A DNA stretch of 64,000 nucleotides, from IMG/VR virus record IMGVR_UViG_3300033182_000980, positions 186,001 through 250,000 of that record; one strand, 5' to 3'. The position numbers and the translations under genes are program-made. Positions 1 to 8,263 of this stretch are shown here, one piece after another (the first letter of the stretch is position 1; every line of letters begins with the position of its first letter). A model generated the notes under the pieces. The model saw only the letters and a program-made list of their open reading frames with translations, was not told where the DNA came from and ran no database searches.

Positions 1-131
1 TTAGCGATAAGGGGTCGATCACCCCATGTACCTCTTAGTTCATCACCGTCTGTGGTAAGTACACGCCCCTCGAAAGAGGAACGCTTTAAGAAAGCACCGA
101 GAACTTTTTTATCTGAAAGGGCGATCTTCAC
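1..131 (-). CDS. Hypothetical protein, partial (runs off the left edge)
   Basis: Manual translation from GTG at 131 gives MKIALSDKKVLGAFLKRSSFEGRVLTTDG..., open to the edge, with AGGAG upstream. Not in the ORF track. Confidence 0.35.
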   Translation of the reverse strand, partial: MKIALSDKKVLGAFLKRSSFEGRVLTTDGDELRGTWGDRPLIA

Positions 132-159
132 CTTATCTCATCTCCTATTGAGTTTATGA

Positions 160-837
160 TTATTGTGCAACGCCTGCACCATCATATACTACCACATAAG
201 GATCAAGAGTAACATTATCAACTACTCGACTGCTCTTAAGTCCGAGGAGATCACCCTGTGCGAGAGAAATCCAAAAGCTAGAATCCTCTTCAACGATTGG
301 GTTGAAGAAAGCACTAAAGCTAGATGCTTGATCTTCAACAGAGAGCCACTGTGGGTTGTTAACATTGTCCTCAAGGTCATAACCTGCTGGTACTGTAAAG
401 GTAGCACCACCAAGAATCTGAAGGATGTTATTTACAGTAGCAGTTGAAGCTCCAAGACCAATGCCTGTACCTGCAAGACCTGGTAAAGCTGTGATGATTG
501 GGTTGATGTCGCCAACTTCAAGATCGTTGCCTGCTCTCATCTCGGAAATCAAAGCCTCTGCAATAAGAACAGACTCGGCAGGTGTGATGTTTGCACCTAA
601 AGCACCTTGGTCAAAAGTGACCAAGCAATAAGCGGCAAGACCACTTACAGTGCGAGAAACTACAGTACCATTAAGTACAGGTAGGGTAGGTGTCTCTACA
701 ACACGAAGGTAGCGAGGACCTTGTGGTGCAGGGTCAACTACAGGGTTCGCCTGTGATCTGTTAGGCCACATATCTTTAACGATGAGTTGACCATTTGAAA
801 TAGCTGTATCACGAATACAAATTACTGGACTAGCCAT
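160..837 (-). CDS. Putative virion structural protein, paralogue 3 of a tandem triplet
   Basis: Shares D(M/L)(W/F)PN, GP.Y, GLAAY, LQILGG and terminal VY..G motifs with 850..1569 and 1583..2317; GGAG RBS. Confidence 0.6.
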   Translation of the reverse strand: MASPVICIRDTAISNGQLIVKDMWPNRSQANPVVDPAPQGPRYLRVVETPTLPVLNGTVVSRTVSGLAAYCLVTFDQGALGANITPAESVLIAEALISEMRAGNDLEVGDINPIITALPGLAGTGIGLGASTATVNNILQILGGATFTVPAGYDLEDNVNNPQWLSVEDQASSFSAFFNPIVEEDSSFWISLAQGDLLGLKSSRVVDNVTLDPYVVVYDGAGVAQ

Positions 838-849
838 GAGTTAATCTCC

Positions 850-1569
850 TTATTGAATGAGTGAACCATCGTCTGCATAGCAAACAACGATTGGGTCTGG
901 GTTGCCGTCTGAGTCCACAGCGGTTTGAGCCTTCTTGAGCTGACCCTTACGAGCAGAGATATAGAAGGAATCATAGAACTTGTTAAACAAGCTACTCGCA
1001 TCTGCTGGGTCAGAGAACCCATTGGCTACAGGTGCCGCAAGATCAGCTTCGGTAAATGCACCTGCGGCTGTCTCCACACGAGTGTTAGCAGGCAAGGTGA
1101 AAACCTTGTAACCCGAAACGATCTGCAAGATTTCTAATACAGTTGCAAAGGAATCCCCGTTACTTAGACCAGCACCAGCATCAACACCGTTAATGATGGC
1201 ATTGATGTCTTCTGCTGTAAGGCTTTGACCACTCCGAGTACGAGCGATGATCTGTGTAGCCATGTTGCTTGCGTCAGCAACAGCAGTAGCACCACCAGCC
1301 GCTGACTCAATAGTGCCAAGAAGGTAAGCCGCTAGACCTTGATACTCTGCGTCAGTCTCAACATCGTTATTTCCACGAAGCTGTGTGGCAACATCTTCGG
1401 TCACATCACGACCATGTGCGTAGAGGTACTGTGGTCCTTGGAAGTTAGGAGTGTAAACAGCACTTGATTGAGTCTTGTGAGGGAACAGATCGGTGATCTG
1501 AACAGCAACACGATGTTGACGCTCACCAGCAACCGAGTTAAGAACTTTATTAGCGATAAGAAATGGCAT
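850..1569 (-). CDS. Putative virion structural protein, paralogue 2
   Basis: MPFLIA...ITDLFP...GPQY...GLAAYL...LQIVSG...YADDG; GGAG RBS. Confidence 0.6.
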   Translation of the reverse strand: MPFLIANKVLNSVAGERQHRVAVQITDLFPHKTQSSAVYTPNFQGPQYLYAHGRDVTEDVATQLRGNNDVETDAEYQGLAAYLLGTIESAAGGATAVADASNMATQIIARTRSGQSLTAEDINAIINGVDAGAGLSNGDSFATVLEILQIVSGYKVFTLPANTRVETAAGAFTEADLAAPVANGFSDPADASSLFNKFYDSFYISARKGQLKKAQTAVDSDGNPDPIVVCYADDGSLIQ

Positions 1570-1582
1570 GGTTTATCTCCTA

Positions 1583-2317
1583 TTATCCTGCGTAGATTGT
1601 ACCGTCATCATTGTAGACGGTAAGTAGAGGGGTAGCAGACTTAACACCTGCAAAAGCAAGGTTAGCGTTCTGAGCACCGACAAGACCTGAGAGTACACCC
1701 TCGGAGAAAGAAATCTTCCAAGAGCTATCTTGGGGAACAAGAGTTCTCATGGTTGTGCCAAGAGTACCAGGAGCGATGACAGGGGCAAAGACACCACCAG
1801 CAGTCTGAATAGCAACACCACCGTTGATGATGTAATCTTCACCTGCAAGGATAGCGAGGACTTCTACAAGTGATCCTGTAGAGTTTGAGTTTCCTGCCGC
1901 TCCATCGAGGTCAGTAGCTCCACCAGCAACTGCTGTGAGGTCAGCGTTTACATTAGCGAGAGTAACAGTCCCACCTGCTCGAACACGAGCGAGGATACGA
2001 TCAGCAACTTCTTCTGCTTGAACAACAGTAAAAGCTGGACCGTCATTACCATTACCACCTGGATCAACTTCAACATGAGCGATGAGGTAAGCAACTAGAC
2101 CATTGCATCTTTTCAAGAACTCAAGAGAACCATCTGCATTGGTCTTGATGAAAGGACGAGTCTGCCCCGATGATCCGATGTTCGGAACACGAACATAGAA
2201 CGGTCCTTGTGGGCGAGGATCAATGCCAGGGTTTGACTGAGTGGCATTGGGGAAAAGGTCAGTGATCTGAATAGATCCGTTTTGGATCTCAGACCTTCGT
2301 GCGAGAATGAAAGGCAT
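1583..2317 (-). CDS. Putative virion structural protein, paralogue 1
   Basis: MPFILA...ITDLFP...GPFY...GLVAYL...LAILAG...VYNDDG; AAGGAG RBS; class-L motif upstream. Confidence 0.6.
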   Translation of the reverse strand: MPFILARRSEIQNGSIQITDLFPNATQSNPGIDPRPQGPFYVRVPNIGSSGQTRPFIKTNADGSLEFLKRCNGLVAYLIAHVEVDPGGNGNDGPAFTVVQAEEVADRILARVRAGGTVTLANVNADLTAVAGGATDLDGAAGNSNSTGSLVEVLAILAGEDYIINGGVAIQTAGGVFAPVIAPGTLGTTMRTLVPQDSSWKISFSEGVLSGLVGAQNANLAFAGVKSATPLLTVYNDDGTIYAG

Positions 2318-2364
2318 AGTCTTTCTCCTTAATAGTTAGGGTTTCACCTATATACAGATGAAAT

Positions 2365-2379
2365 ATAAATAGACTATTA
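2365..2379 (-). promoter_or_regulatory. Class-L (putative late) promoter motif TAATAGTCTATTTAT
   Basis: Recurrent 15-nt motif; 48 nt upstream of the ATG at 2317. Confidence 0.6.
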
Positions 2380-2396
2380 AAGAGTCGGACTGCTAT

Positions 2397-3125
2397 TTAA
2401 CCTCTATTGACGACAGAACACCGAATAGTGAACAAAGGTGTTCCTGTTTGACCGGCTAAGAAGAACTCTCCGACAGCACCCGATGTTAAAGTTAATGACT
2501 CTCCTGGTCTCAAGATCGAGGGCGACATACCTGGATTAAATGAGATGAAGAGGTTAGAACCACCTTGAGGGTTATCTAGGTTTTGGATGTTGAGGGTCTG
2601 ACTAAAATTAGGGAGGTGGAAGTTAATCGCCCCTGTACTTAGCGTGTCGGGTATATCATTAGCCGCCCCTAGATTTGGTGCGTTCCCAATAGTCGTAAAG
2701 ATGGGTGCTGTAAGGGAGAAGAAATCGTAAGGTACGACACCCACTACTGGTCCAAAGTCTGTGTTCTCTTGTGTGGCACGAATTCGACCTCTGACTCTGA
2801 TATATAACATCTCGTCATCGGTCGGGATGCGAGGAGTGTTTGCCTTGAATGTGGTTGAATACTCATTAAGGTTAAACACAAATCGAGTTTGATCTCTCTG
2901 TGTCTCTTCAACGCCTAGTTTCGCCTGTGTGATAAACTTGCTTCTAAAAGTCTTATCATAAGGCACAGAGAACATCTCTACAGGGTTGTTATATGCGTCA
3001 TTGAGGTTAGATGCACCAAACACAGTAATCTGATCCATACCTCTAAGATTTGCGTTGTGTACTACCATGTCTATAAGACCTTTCGATCTATAGATAAGAC
3101 TCGGTATTAAGCGGCCTCTACTCAT
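2397..3125 (-). CDS. Hypothetical protein, possibly structural (beta-rich C-terminus)
   Basis: 242-aa ORF coupled to the upstream gene by an ATGA overlap; Gly/Asn/Thr-rich composition. Confidence 0.5.
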   Translation of the reverse strand: MSRGRLIPSLIYRSKGLIDMVVHNANLRGMDQITVFGASNLNDAYNNPVEMFSVPYDKTFRSKFITQAKLGVEETQRDQTRFVFNLNEYSTTFKANTPRIPTDDEMLYIRVRGRIRATQENTDFGPVVGVVPYDFFSLTAPIFTTIGNAPNLGAANDIPDTLSTGAINFHLPNFSQTLNIQNLDNPQGGSNLFISFNPGMSPSILRPGESLTLTSGAVGEFFLAGQTGTPLFTIRCSVVNRG

Positions 3126-3526
3126 TTCTTACTCTCTTTCTCTTTAGCAATCATTGGCTCATAGGACTCGGTACTCTTGCCCTTAGATTTGGCGAGCTTT
3201 TGAGCTTCAGCCCAAGAGTCTACACGCTCACCATCAACATTGGGAGCAAGGGTAACATTAGGGGCATCACGCTTCATCTCGGCAGTTCGTGCGTCTAGTC
3301 TCTTGTTCTTCTCACGCATCTGATTCTTGATGCGATGGTTCTTCCCCGCCCAACCGTCACCTTTGAGGATAAAGTTGGTAGTTGGTCTAAAAACCTTTTT
3401 GTTTTTAGTCTCACACTCTGGACAAGGTTGAGGTTCGTCATGTCTATCCATAGGCACACGACAGTTGTATTCTTGATCAAACTTTGTGCAGTCATTGTTT
3501 TTGCAAAGGTAGGTGTAAAAGGGCAT
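3122..3526 (-). CDS. FmdB-family zinc-ribbon protein
   Basis: MPFYTYLC...C...CPEC...F.LKG.GW pattern typical of the FmdB/Zn-ribbon_8 family. Confidence 0.8.
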   Translation of the reverse strand: MPFYTYLCKNNDCTKFDQEYNCRVPMDRHDEPQPCPECETKNKKVFRPTTNFILKGDGWAGKNHRIKNQMREKNKRLDARTAEMKRDAPNVTLAPNVDGERVDSWAEAQKLAKSKGKSTESYEPMIAKEKESKK

Positions 3527-3529
3527 GGT

Positions 3530-3904
3530 TTAAGCTCCAAAGAAATCTCTTAAGACCGCATAGGCGTGTTTGCATATTTTGTGCGTACCTTTAGGGTCTT
3601 TCTTAGTGGGTTGTTCTGCTGTACCTCTCACTTTACCGAACAAGTAATCGTTTTGGACTGCATGGTACTCTGGCCCTTGATACTGCCAATAGTTGCAAGT
3701 GCAAGTGAGGTGGAGATCGGGGTTTGATCTCTCTCCCTTAGCTTCAACTGTAACTACATAATCACCTACCTCAAACTCGATAGGCTCTTTAAGTACCTTC
3801 TCCTCAAAGCCATTTACGACAGCTTTGACAGAAGAAGCGTTGGACTTAACTTTAGAGTCGAGTCCATTTGTAATCTGATTAAGATATGCAGATGATCTAC
3901 GCAT
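3530..3904 (-). CDS. SWIM-type zinc-finger protein
   Basis: CTCNYW...ICKH fits CxC...CxH. Confidence 0.7.
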   Translation of the reverse strand: MRRSSAYLNQITNGLDSKVKSNASSVKAVVNGFEEKVLKEPIEFEVGDYVVTVEAKGERSNPDLHLTCTCNYWQYQGPEYHAVQNDYLFGKVRGTAEQPTKKDPKGTHKICKHAYAVLRDFFGA

Positions 3905-3944
3905 GATTTCTAACCTCTCTATTGTTGCTAAGAGAGGCTAGATC

Positions 3945-3959
3945 ATAAATAGACTATTA
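3945..3959 (-). promoter_or_regulatory. Class-L promoter motif overlapping the upstream stop codon, followed by an RBS-occluding hairpin (3909-3942)
   Basis: TAATAGTCTATTTAT; 12-bp stem TCTAGCCTCTCT/AGAGAGGTTAGA with one G-U pair. Confidence 0.65.
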
Positions 3960-4253
3960 CTTAACAGCGACAAACTTAACCTTATCCCCGACTCTTTCCA
4001 TCCGAAAGTTTCCAGGGAATTTGAATGTCTTACCCTTGAGATCAACGATAGCTATTTCAGAGATCGACCCATCGACAATGGCAGATCCTTCTGGAAGAAC
4101 CTCTTGCTTGAGTGAGAAATCTCCATTCATGTGCTTGAAGTTAAATTCACCCCAAACTTGGTTTTCTTGCTCTTGTGTTCGATCATCCCAACCTTCTGGC
4201 TTCGGGTTTAGGATCGCATCAACCATGTCTTTTATCTTAATATCATCGCTCAT
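3957..4253 (-). CDS. Hypothetical protein
   Basis: 98-aa ORF with AAGGA RBS; its stop is embedded in a class-L motif. Confidence 0.6.
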   Translation of the reverse strand: MSDDIKIKDMVDAILNPKPEGWDDRTQEQENQVWGEFNFKHMNGDFSLKQEVLPEGSAIVDGSISEIAIVDLKGKTFKFPGNFRMERVGDKVKFVAVK

Positions 4254-4289
4254 GTGAGTGTCCTTTCATTTGTGCTTTTGCATCATACC

Positions 4290-4333
4290 ATATAGATCAT
4301 TGTAACCCCTTAAATATAGATCATTGTAGCCCA
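4290..4333 (+). repeat. Direct repeat ATATAGATCATTGTA x2 (24-nt period) containing class-E motif GTAACCCCTTA (4302-4312)
   Basis: Exact 15-mers at 4290-4304 and 4314-4328, upstream of the ORF at 4360. Confidence 0.75.
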
Positions 4334-4359
4334 ACTCTCTCCCGAAAGGAGAACCCACC

Positions 4360-4809
4360 ATGAACATCGCAGTACCACTCAACCCCACACCCATCACCGT
4401 CCAAGAGTTTGAGGCTCTTTGCTCAAACCACGACTGGACATTCGAGTGGTCAGATGACCGCTCGGTGTGGGCAGACGGTCATCGAACACAACGGCAGATT
4501 GAGTCTCATCTCCGTACAGGGGACGAGGGCTTCAAGGCGATCTACCTCAAGTATTGTGTCCTCCCTTGGGAGGAGTCTCAAGTGGTTGAGGCTTATGGGA
4601 AGGTACGCACCATGACTGATGAGCGAGTCGGTGTTGAGGCTCGTAAGGCATGGGAGTCTCGCACTACCCTTGACCCTCTCTACGCTACCCTCCCTCGCCA
4701 CAAGCAAGGCTGGTGGTGGCTCTGTGAGCTTTCACGCTTCCTAGAGCAAGAGACAGGGGAGACGGCCTCAAAGCTCGGTACTTGGAACTACAAGCACTTG
4801 GACTCTTAG
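4360..4809 (+). CDS. Hypothetical phage protein with an HDW-x-(F/Y)-x-x-SDD domain
   Basis: Strong AAAGGAG RBS; HDWTFEWSDD...W..G pattern recalled from small phage proteins; lies opposite to its neighbours. Confidence 0.7.
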   Translation: MNIAVPLNPTPITVQEFEALCSNHDWTFEWSDDRSVWADGHRTQRQIESHLRTGDEGFKAIYLKYCVLPWEESQVVEAYGKVRTMTDERVGVEARKAWESRTTLDPLYATLPRHKQGWWWLCELSRFLEQETGETASKLGTWNYKHLDS

Positions 4810-4823
4810 GGTCGGACGAAAGG

Positions 4824-5192
4824 TTAAAAGAGGTATGCTGATTCTTCTTTAGCACCTACCGAAGTAAGTAATGCCCGACAAATATCTTGGAGCGACACCT
4901 CGAACCTCTCTATGCCCTTAAATTGATCTTCCTCTGCATACTGATTGTAGGTTTCCCAATCAACATTGTTGTGCCAATCAATGTATTCCTTAGTCAGAAT
5001 GACAATCCCCTCGCCATAATCCTTTAACTCAAACCTTCCACCCTTGGCGAGCTTCACAAACTTCTTGAGCGGGATCTCTTCAAAATCATATCCATAGTCA
5101 CTAGGTATGGTGATTTGGATCTTACTACCTTTAGCTTCTTTTTCAAGGCTTGCCACTCGCATTTCAAGCTGTTTAATCATCTCGTTAAGCAT
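4824..5192 (-). CDS. Leader-bearing hypothetical protein (start corrected to 5192)
   Basis: ATG at 5192 with TAAGGA RBS gives MLNEMIKQLEMRVASLEKEA; this removes the overlap with 5203..5916. Confidence 0.65.
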   Translation of the reverse strand: MLNEMIKQLEMRVASLEKEAKGSKIQITIPSDYGYDFEEIPLKKFVKLAKGGRFELKDYGEGIVILTKEYIDWHNNVDWETYNQYAEEDQFKGIERFEVSLQDICRALLTSVGAKEESAYLF

Positions 5193-5202
5193 GGTGTAAT
5201 CC

Positions 5203-5916
5203 TTAGAAGCGAATGTAGAGTCCTGTGCCATCTTCAAAGCGATCTTTGAGATCCTCTGCATAGACATCGTTGAACTCTTTAACAACCTTTACGCTACGAC
5301 CATGAGTACGAATGAACTCCATGTCATAAAGGTCAAGACCATTAAGGGTGATACGCACTCTGTTCACAGCACCCCTGTGCTTAGGCTTTGGGAACACGAG
5401 TGTAACACCATTAGGCTCATTGATGAGTTGCTTGAGTCCAATCATCATCTGTAGCTTACGACCACCGCCGAGCTGATTAACGATGGTAGCCGCAATCGAA
5501 TTGGCTTGTCTCTCAAGACGAGCAACCTTGACACCTCTAGCTGTGGCAGAGATACCTTTGGAAGCTAACCAGTTCATCACTGCCGTGAAATCACCTCGAT
5601 AATCATTAACTTCCATTAACTCTGCGAAGCCCATGTTTTGATTTGCTTTGGAAATCAAAGCCTTTTTAATCCCTTCTTTTCTGACCTCAACAGATTGGTC
5701 TGGCAATCTACTCTTAGACCACTCTTTCCAACTGACTGGCTTAATTGAACCATCAAATCCTACAAAAGCAAAAAATAAAGTTTCACCTCTTGAAAGGTTT
5801 ACTTTTCTCCCACTTCTTGATGCAATCGTCTTGTATTCAAATGCAGACGCTTGTCTCTCAAGACGAGCAATTCTCATCTCAAGATTTCTAATAATCTCAC
5901 TAGCTGATCTTCTCAT
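5203..5916 (-). CDS. Leader-bearing two-domain protein
   Basis: N-terminal MRRSASEIIRNLEMRIARLERQA and internal VARLERQA. The C-terminal domain (TIVNQLGG...VRITL..LDLYDMEF...VY...L...FE..TGL) resembles a recurring phage domain of unknown function. Confidence 0.75.
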   Translation of the reverse strand: MRRSASEIIRNLEMRIARLERQASAFEYKTIASRSGRKVNLSRGETLFFAFVGFDGSIKPVSWKEWSKSRLPDQSVEVRKEGIKKALISKANQNMGFAELMEVNDYRGDFTAVMNWLASKGISATARGVKVARLERQANSIAATIVNQLGGGRKLQMMIGLKQLINEPNGVTLVFPKPKHRGAVNRVRITLNGLDLYDMEFIRTHGRSVKVVKEFNDVYAEDLKDRFEDGTGLYIRF

Positions 5917-5966
5917 AGGTCATTCTCCATTGGTTAAGGGTTAAAGAGATCACCTATGGAGAACCT

Positions 5967-5981
5967 ATAAAGAGACTACAA
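5967..5981 (-). promoter_or_regulatory. Class-L promoter motif TTGTAGTCTCTTTAT with downstream anti-SD hairpin (5923-5963)
   Basis: Motif match; TTCTCCAT pairs with ATGGAGAA over the RBS of the 5916 gene. Confidence 0.6.
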
Positions 5982-5982
5982 A

Positions 5983-6981
5983 TCAATCCTCGTCATATTC
6001 CTGCTGTGCGAGGATCAACATACCCTTAGAGACAGCATGGAATGGGTCAGAGGCATGGCGTACCTCTGAAATCTCAATGGGGAAACGCTTACGCTTAGTC
6101 TCAAAGACCTCCCTAAAGAAATCCATGAAGCCACCAGCTAGGCTCGTACCCCCACCCACTACGATTGGAATGGGCTTGTTAAGGGTGAGGTGTCCACCCT
6201 TCATTACAAACTGTTGTGCGATGTTATCCAGAGCGTGTTCAATAAGAGCCTTATAATAGAACGAGATCGCTTCTTCTTCACGATTGGTAGGTGCATTAAG
6301 GTCAATGCCCTTCTCTTTAATAGCACACATCTTAGAGGCTGTTGCACCCACAGATCGAGCCGCACCTTGGTCGATCCAATCGCCACCACGAGCAACCGAG
6401 AATGAAAGACCTTCAATGGTGTTGATAGCAAGGGCGATGTTAGTCATACCCGAACCAAAGGAGATGCCGATACCACTGAAGCCTTCCTTAGCAGTCTCTG
6501 CGAATACGATAGCCATAGCTTCGTTAGCTGGATGAGCTGTATAACCACACTCTTGAACGATGCGTGTAAAGACACCCTTGTGATAGACGACATCCATGTT
6601 AGCGTCCACAGGGGCGGCAGGGATTGAGAAGTAGCAGTGTTCACCCTCATGGCTAGGCTCACCGAGTACATCTTTAACCATGTGTCCGAGAACGGTGAGT
6701 GAGTCAATCTCATCAGCAGAAATCAAACCCGCTTTGAGGGGTCTACGACCTTCTCGTCCGAACATATTGGCAACTTCCATAGCCTCATCACCAAGTACGA
6801 GAAGATTGTCATCCGCTTCAATGTATGAAACAGATCCGAGTTTGAGCATCTTCTTTGCAGACTGTGGGAGATCAATAAAGAGATCACGCATACGCCTAAG
6901 AGTGACCTCGTTCTTCTTGCCACTCATTCGGGCAGATACGAGGTTCATAGTTCCAATGTCAAGTCCTACGCCTTTACTCAT
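5983..6981 (-). CDS. Actin-like ATPase (MreB/FtsA/ParM superfamily)
   Basis: Phosphate-1 GLDIGTMN, phosphate-2 GISFGSGMTNI, adenosine loop VVGGGTS, connect-2 DPFHAVSKG; 332 aa. Confidence 0.88.
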   Translation of the reverse strand: MSKGVGLDIGTMNLVSARMSGKKNEVTLRRMRDLFIDLPQSAKKMLKLGSVSYIEADDNLLVLGDEAMEVANMFGREGRRPLKAGLISADEIDSLTVLGHMVKDVLGEPSHEGEHCYFSIPAAPVDANMDVVYHKGVFTRIVQECGYTAHPANEAMAIVFAETAKEGFSGIGISFGSGMTNIALAINTIEGLSFSVARGGDWIDQGAARSVGATASKMCAIKEKGIDLNAPTNREEEAISFYYKALIEHALDNIAQQFVMKGGHLTLNKPIPIVVGGGTSLAGGFMDFFREVFETKRKRFPIEISEVRHASDPFHAVSKGMLILAQQEYDED

Positions 6982-7625
6982 TGTTTATTTGCCTTTCTTA
7001 ATGCTTTCAAAGCAGAGAGTGCGTCCGAGAGTTCGTCTGAACCCTCTGACTTTGTTTCATTCGCCAGAGACTCGGAGGAGGCTATGGTCTTATTAGAGAT
7101 AATGTTGGAGGGGATAAAGGTCAATGCTTCATCTGTGTTCATATTACCCATAGGTTGATTGGTTTGAGCGTTATTATTCACAACCACCTGTTGAGCTGGC
7201 ATCTGTTTGGCGACTGCTTCTGCAATCGCTTCGGGAGAAATCATCGTACCGAGCTGTTGGATGAGGACAGAAGCTAGAGCATTCATATCGAGTTGAGGTT
7301 GTTCTGCTGGTTTCTCAATCACCTTTTCCACCACGACTTCTTTTTCTACTTCAACGATCTTCTCTACCAGAACAGGTTTTTCAACAACCTCTTTAACTAC
7401 CTTTGACTCCCGAACCACTTGAAATCGGTTGCTGTGTACTCCGAGTCGTGATCTATTCTGGCTATTTTTCACCTTGAGGGAGATCACTCCTGTGTTAACC
7501 AGAGACTTCAGCTCTTGGTTTGAGTCGTACTGAGCTTTCGTACAATCAAAGGTCTGACCTTGTTTGAGTTTGAGTCGGAGGCTCTTAACCTCTATGTCTT
7601 TAAGACATTGTGCTACATAAATCAT
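6978..7625 (-). CDS. Hypothetical protein with VEK/VVE low-complexity repeats, coupled to the actin-like gene
   Basis: ATGA overlap with the actin gene; VVEKPVLVEKIVEVEKEVVVEKVIEKP; amphipathic C-terminal helix. Confidence 0.65.
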   Translation of the reverse strand: MIYVAQCLKDIEVKSLRLKLKQGQTFDCTKAQYDSNQELKSLVNTGVISLKVKNSQNRSRLGVHSNRFQVVRESKVVKEVVEKPVLVEKIVEVEKEVVVEKVIEKPAEQPQLDMNALASVLIQQLGTMISPEAIAEAVAKQMPAQQVVVNNNAQTNQPMGNMNTDEALTFIPSNIISNKTIASSESLANETKSEGSDELSDALSALKALRKANKQ

Positions 7626-8194
7626 CTATTGTCTCCGCTCATCTGCTTAGTGAGAAAGAAAGTTGCTCTGCGTATGGCTTTCATTCTACCCTTCTCAATC
7701 CCTTGCTCAATAAAGTTAAACTTATAGACTGCTGGATGTATCCACTTGTTTTCAGTCCTAAGAGGGAGATTTCTAAATACAACCTCACCACTCTTGGTCT
7801 TAATCGGAACGACTTTCTTCTCCATGTTAGATTTACGAGTGAGCCAGCTCATCTCATAAGGCTCTTTGCGTTCAAGATACTTTTTAACCCATTGCCAATC
7901 AGACTTGAGCTTGATAGCTCCACCTTTAGTGATCTCGTAGTAGAACGAGTCTAAAAACTCTTTTGTGCGTGGAATACCCGTCCCCATTCCTGCCGCTTTC
8001 TTAGCCGACTCCTTAACTGCCTTGACTATTTCTTCACCGAAGATCTCCAAGACCTTTTTAGAGATGTCTTTACCCTTCAGATCAACATTCTGAAACTGAT
8101 TTTTACGCACTCTATAAGTACGAAGATCCCAAGGTCTGTTTGGATCTCTGTTCTTCGGTGGGTTTCTTCTTGCTCGTCTTGGGTCAAACTTCAT
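7622..8194 (-). CDS. Possible neck/tail-completion (HK97 gp10-like) protein (start corrected to MKFDP)
   Basis: AGGAGG RBS before the ATG at 8194; basic protein with VPIK..SG.VVFR...WIHPA...F pattern. Confidence 0.45.
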   Translation of the reverse strand: MKFDPRRARRNPPKNRDPNRPWDLRTYRVRKNQFQNVDLKGKDISKKVLEIFGEEIVKAVKESAKKAAGMGTGIPRTKEFLDSFYYEITKGGAIKLKSDWQWVKKYLERKEPYEMSWLTRKSNMEKKVVPIKTKSGEVVFRNLPLRTENKWIHPAVYKFNFIEQGIEKGRMKAIRRATFFLTKQMSGDNR

Positions 8195-8221
8195 ATCTAT
8201 GCCTCCTACTACAAGTAGCTG

Positions 8222-8255
8222 ATAAACAAAGTACAAGGGTCAATAGTCTTTTTAT
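8222..8255. promoter_or_regulatory. Divergent pair of class-L motifs (8222-8236 minus, 8241-8255 plus)
   Basis: TTGTACTTTGTTTAT on minus and CAATAGTCTTTTTAT on plus, back to back. Confidence 0.6.
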
Positions 8256-8263
8256 AACTGGTC

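Noticed and set aside
2364-2371. TATAAATA read on the plus strand as a T4-type late promoter
   Set aside because: In most copies the plus direction points antisense into the 3' end of a gene. The fixed distance to start codons and the hairpin position fit the minus-strand reading, and the one inverted copy (8241) points into the structured RNA. This cannot be fully excluded without TSS data.
5193-5285. Longer N-termini given by the ORF track (also 8236, 12725, 12829, 17752, 29204, 31144, 34459, 35688)
   Set aside because: They overlap neighbouring genes or promoter motifs. Downstream starts have better RBSs and begin at the conserved domain or leader.
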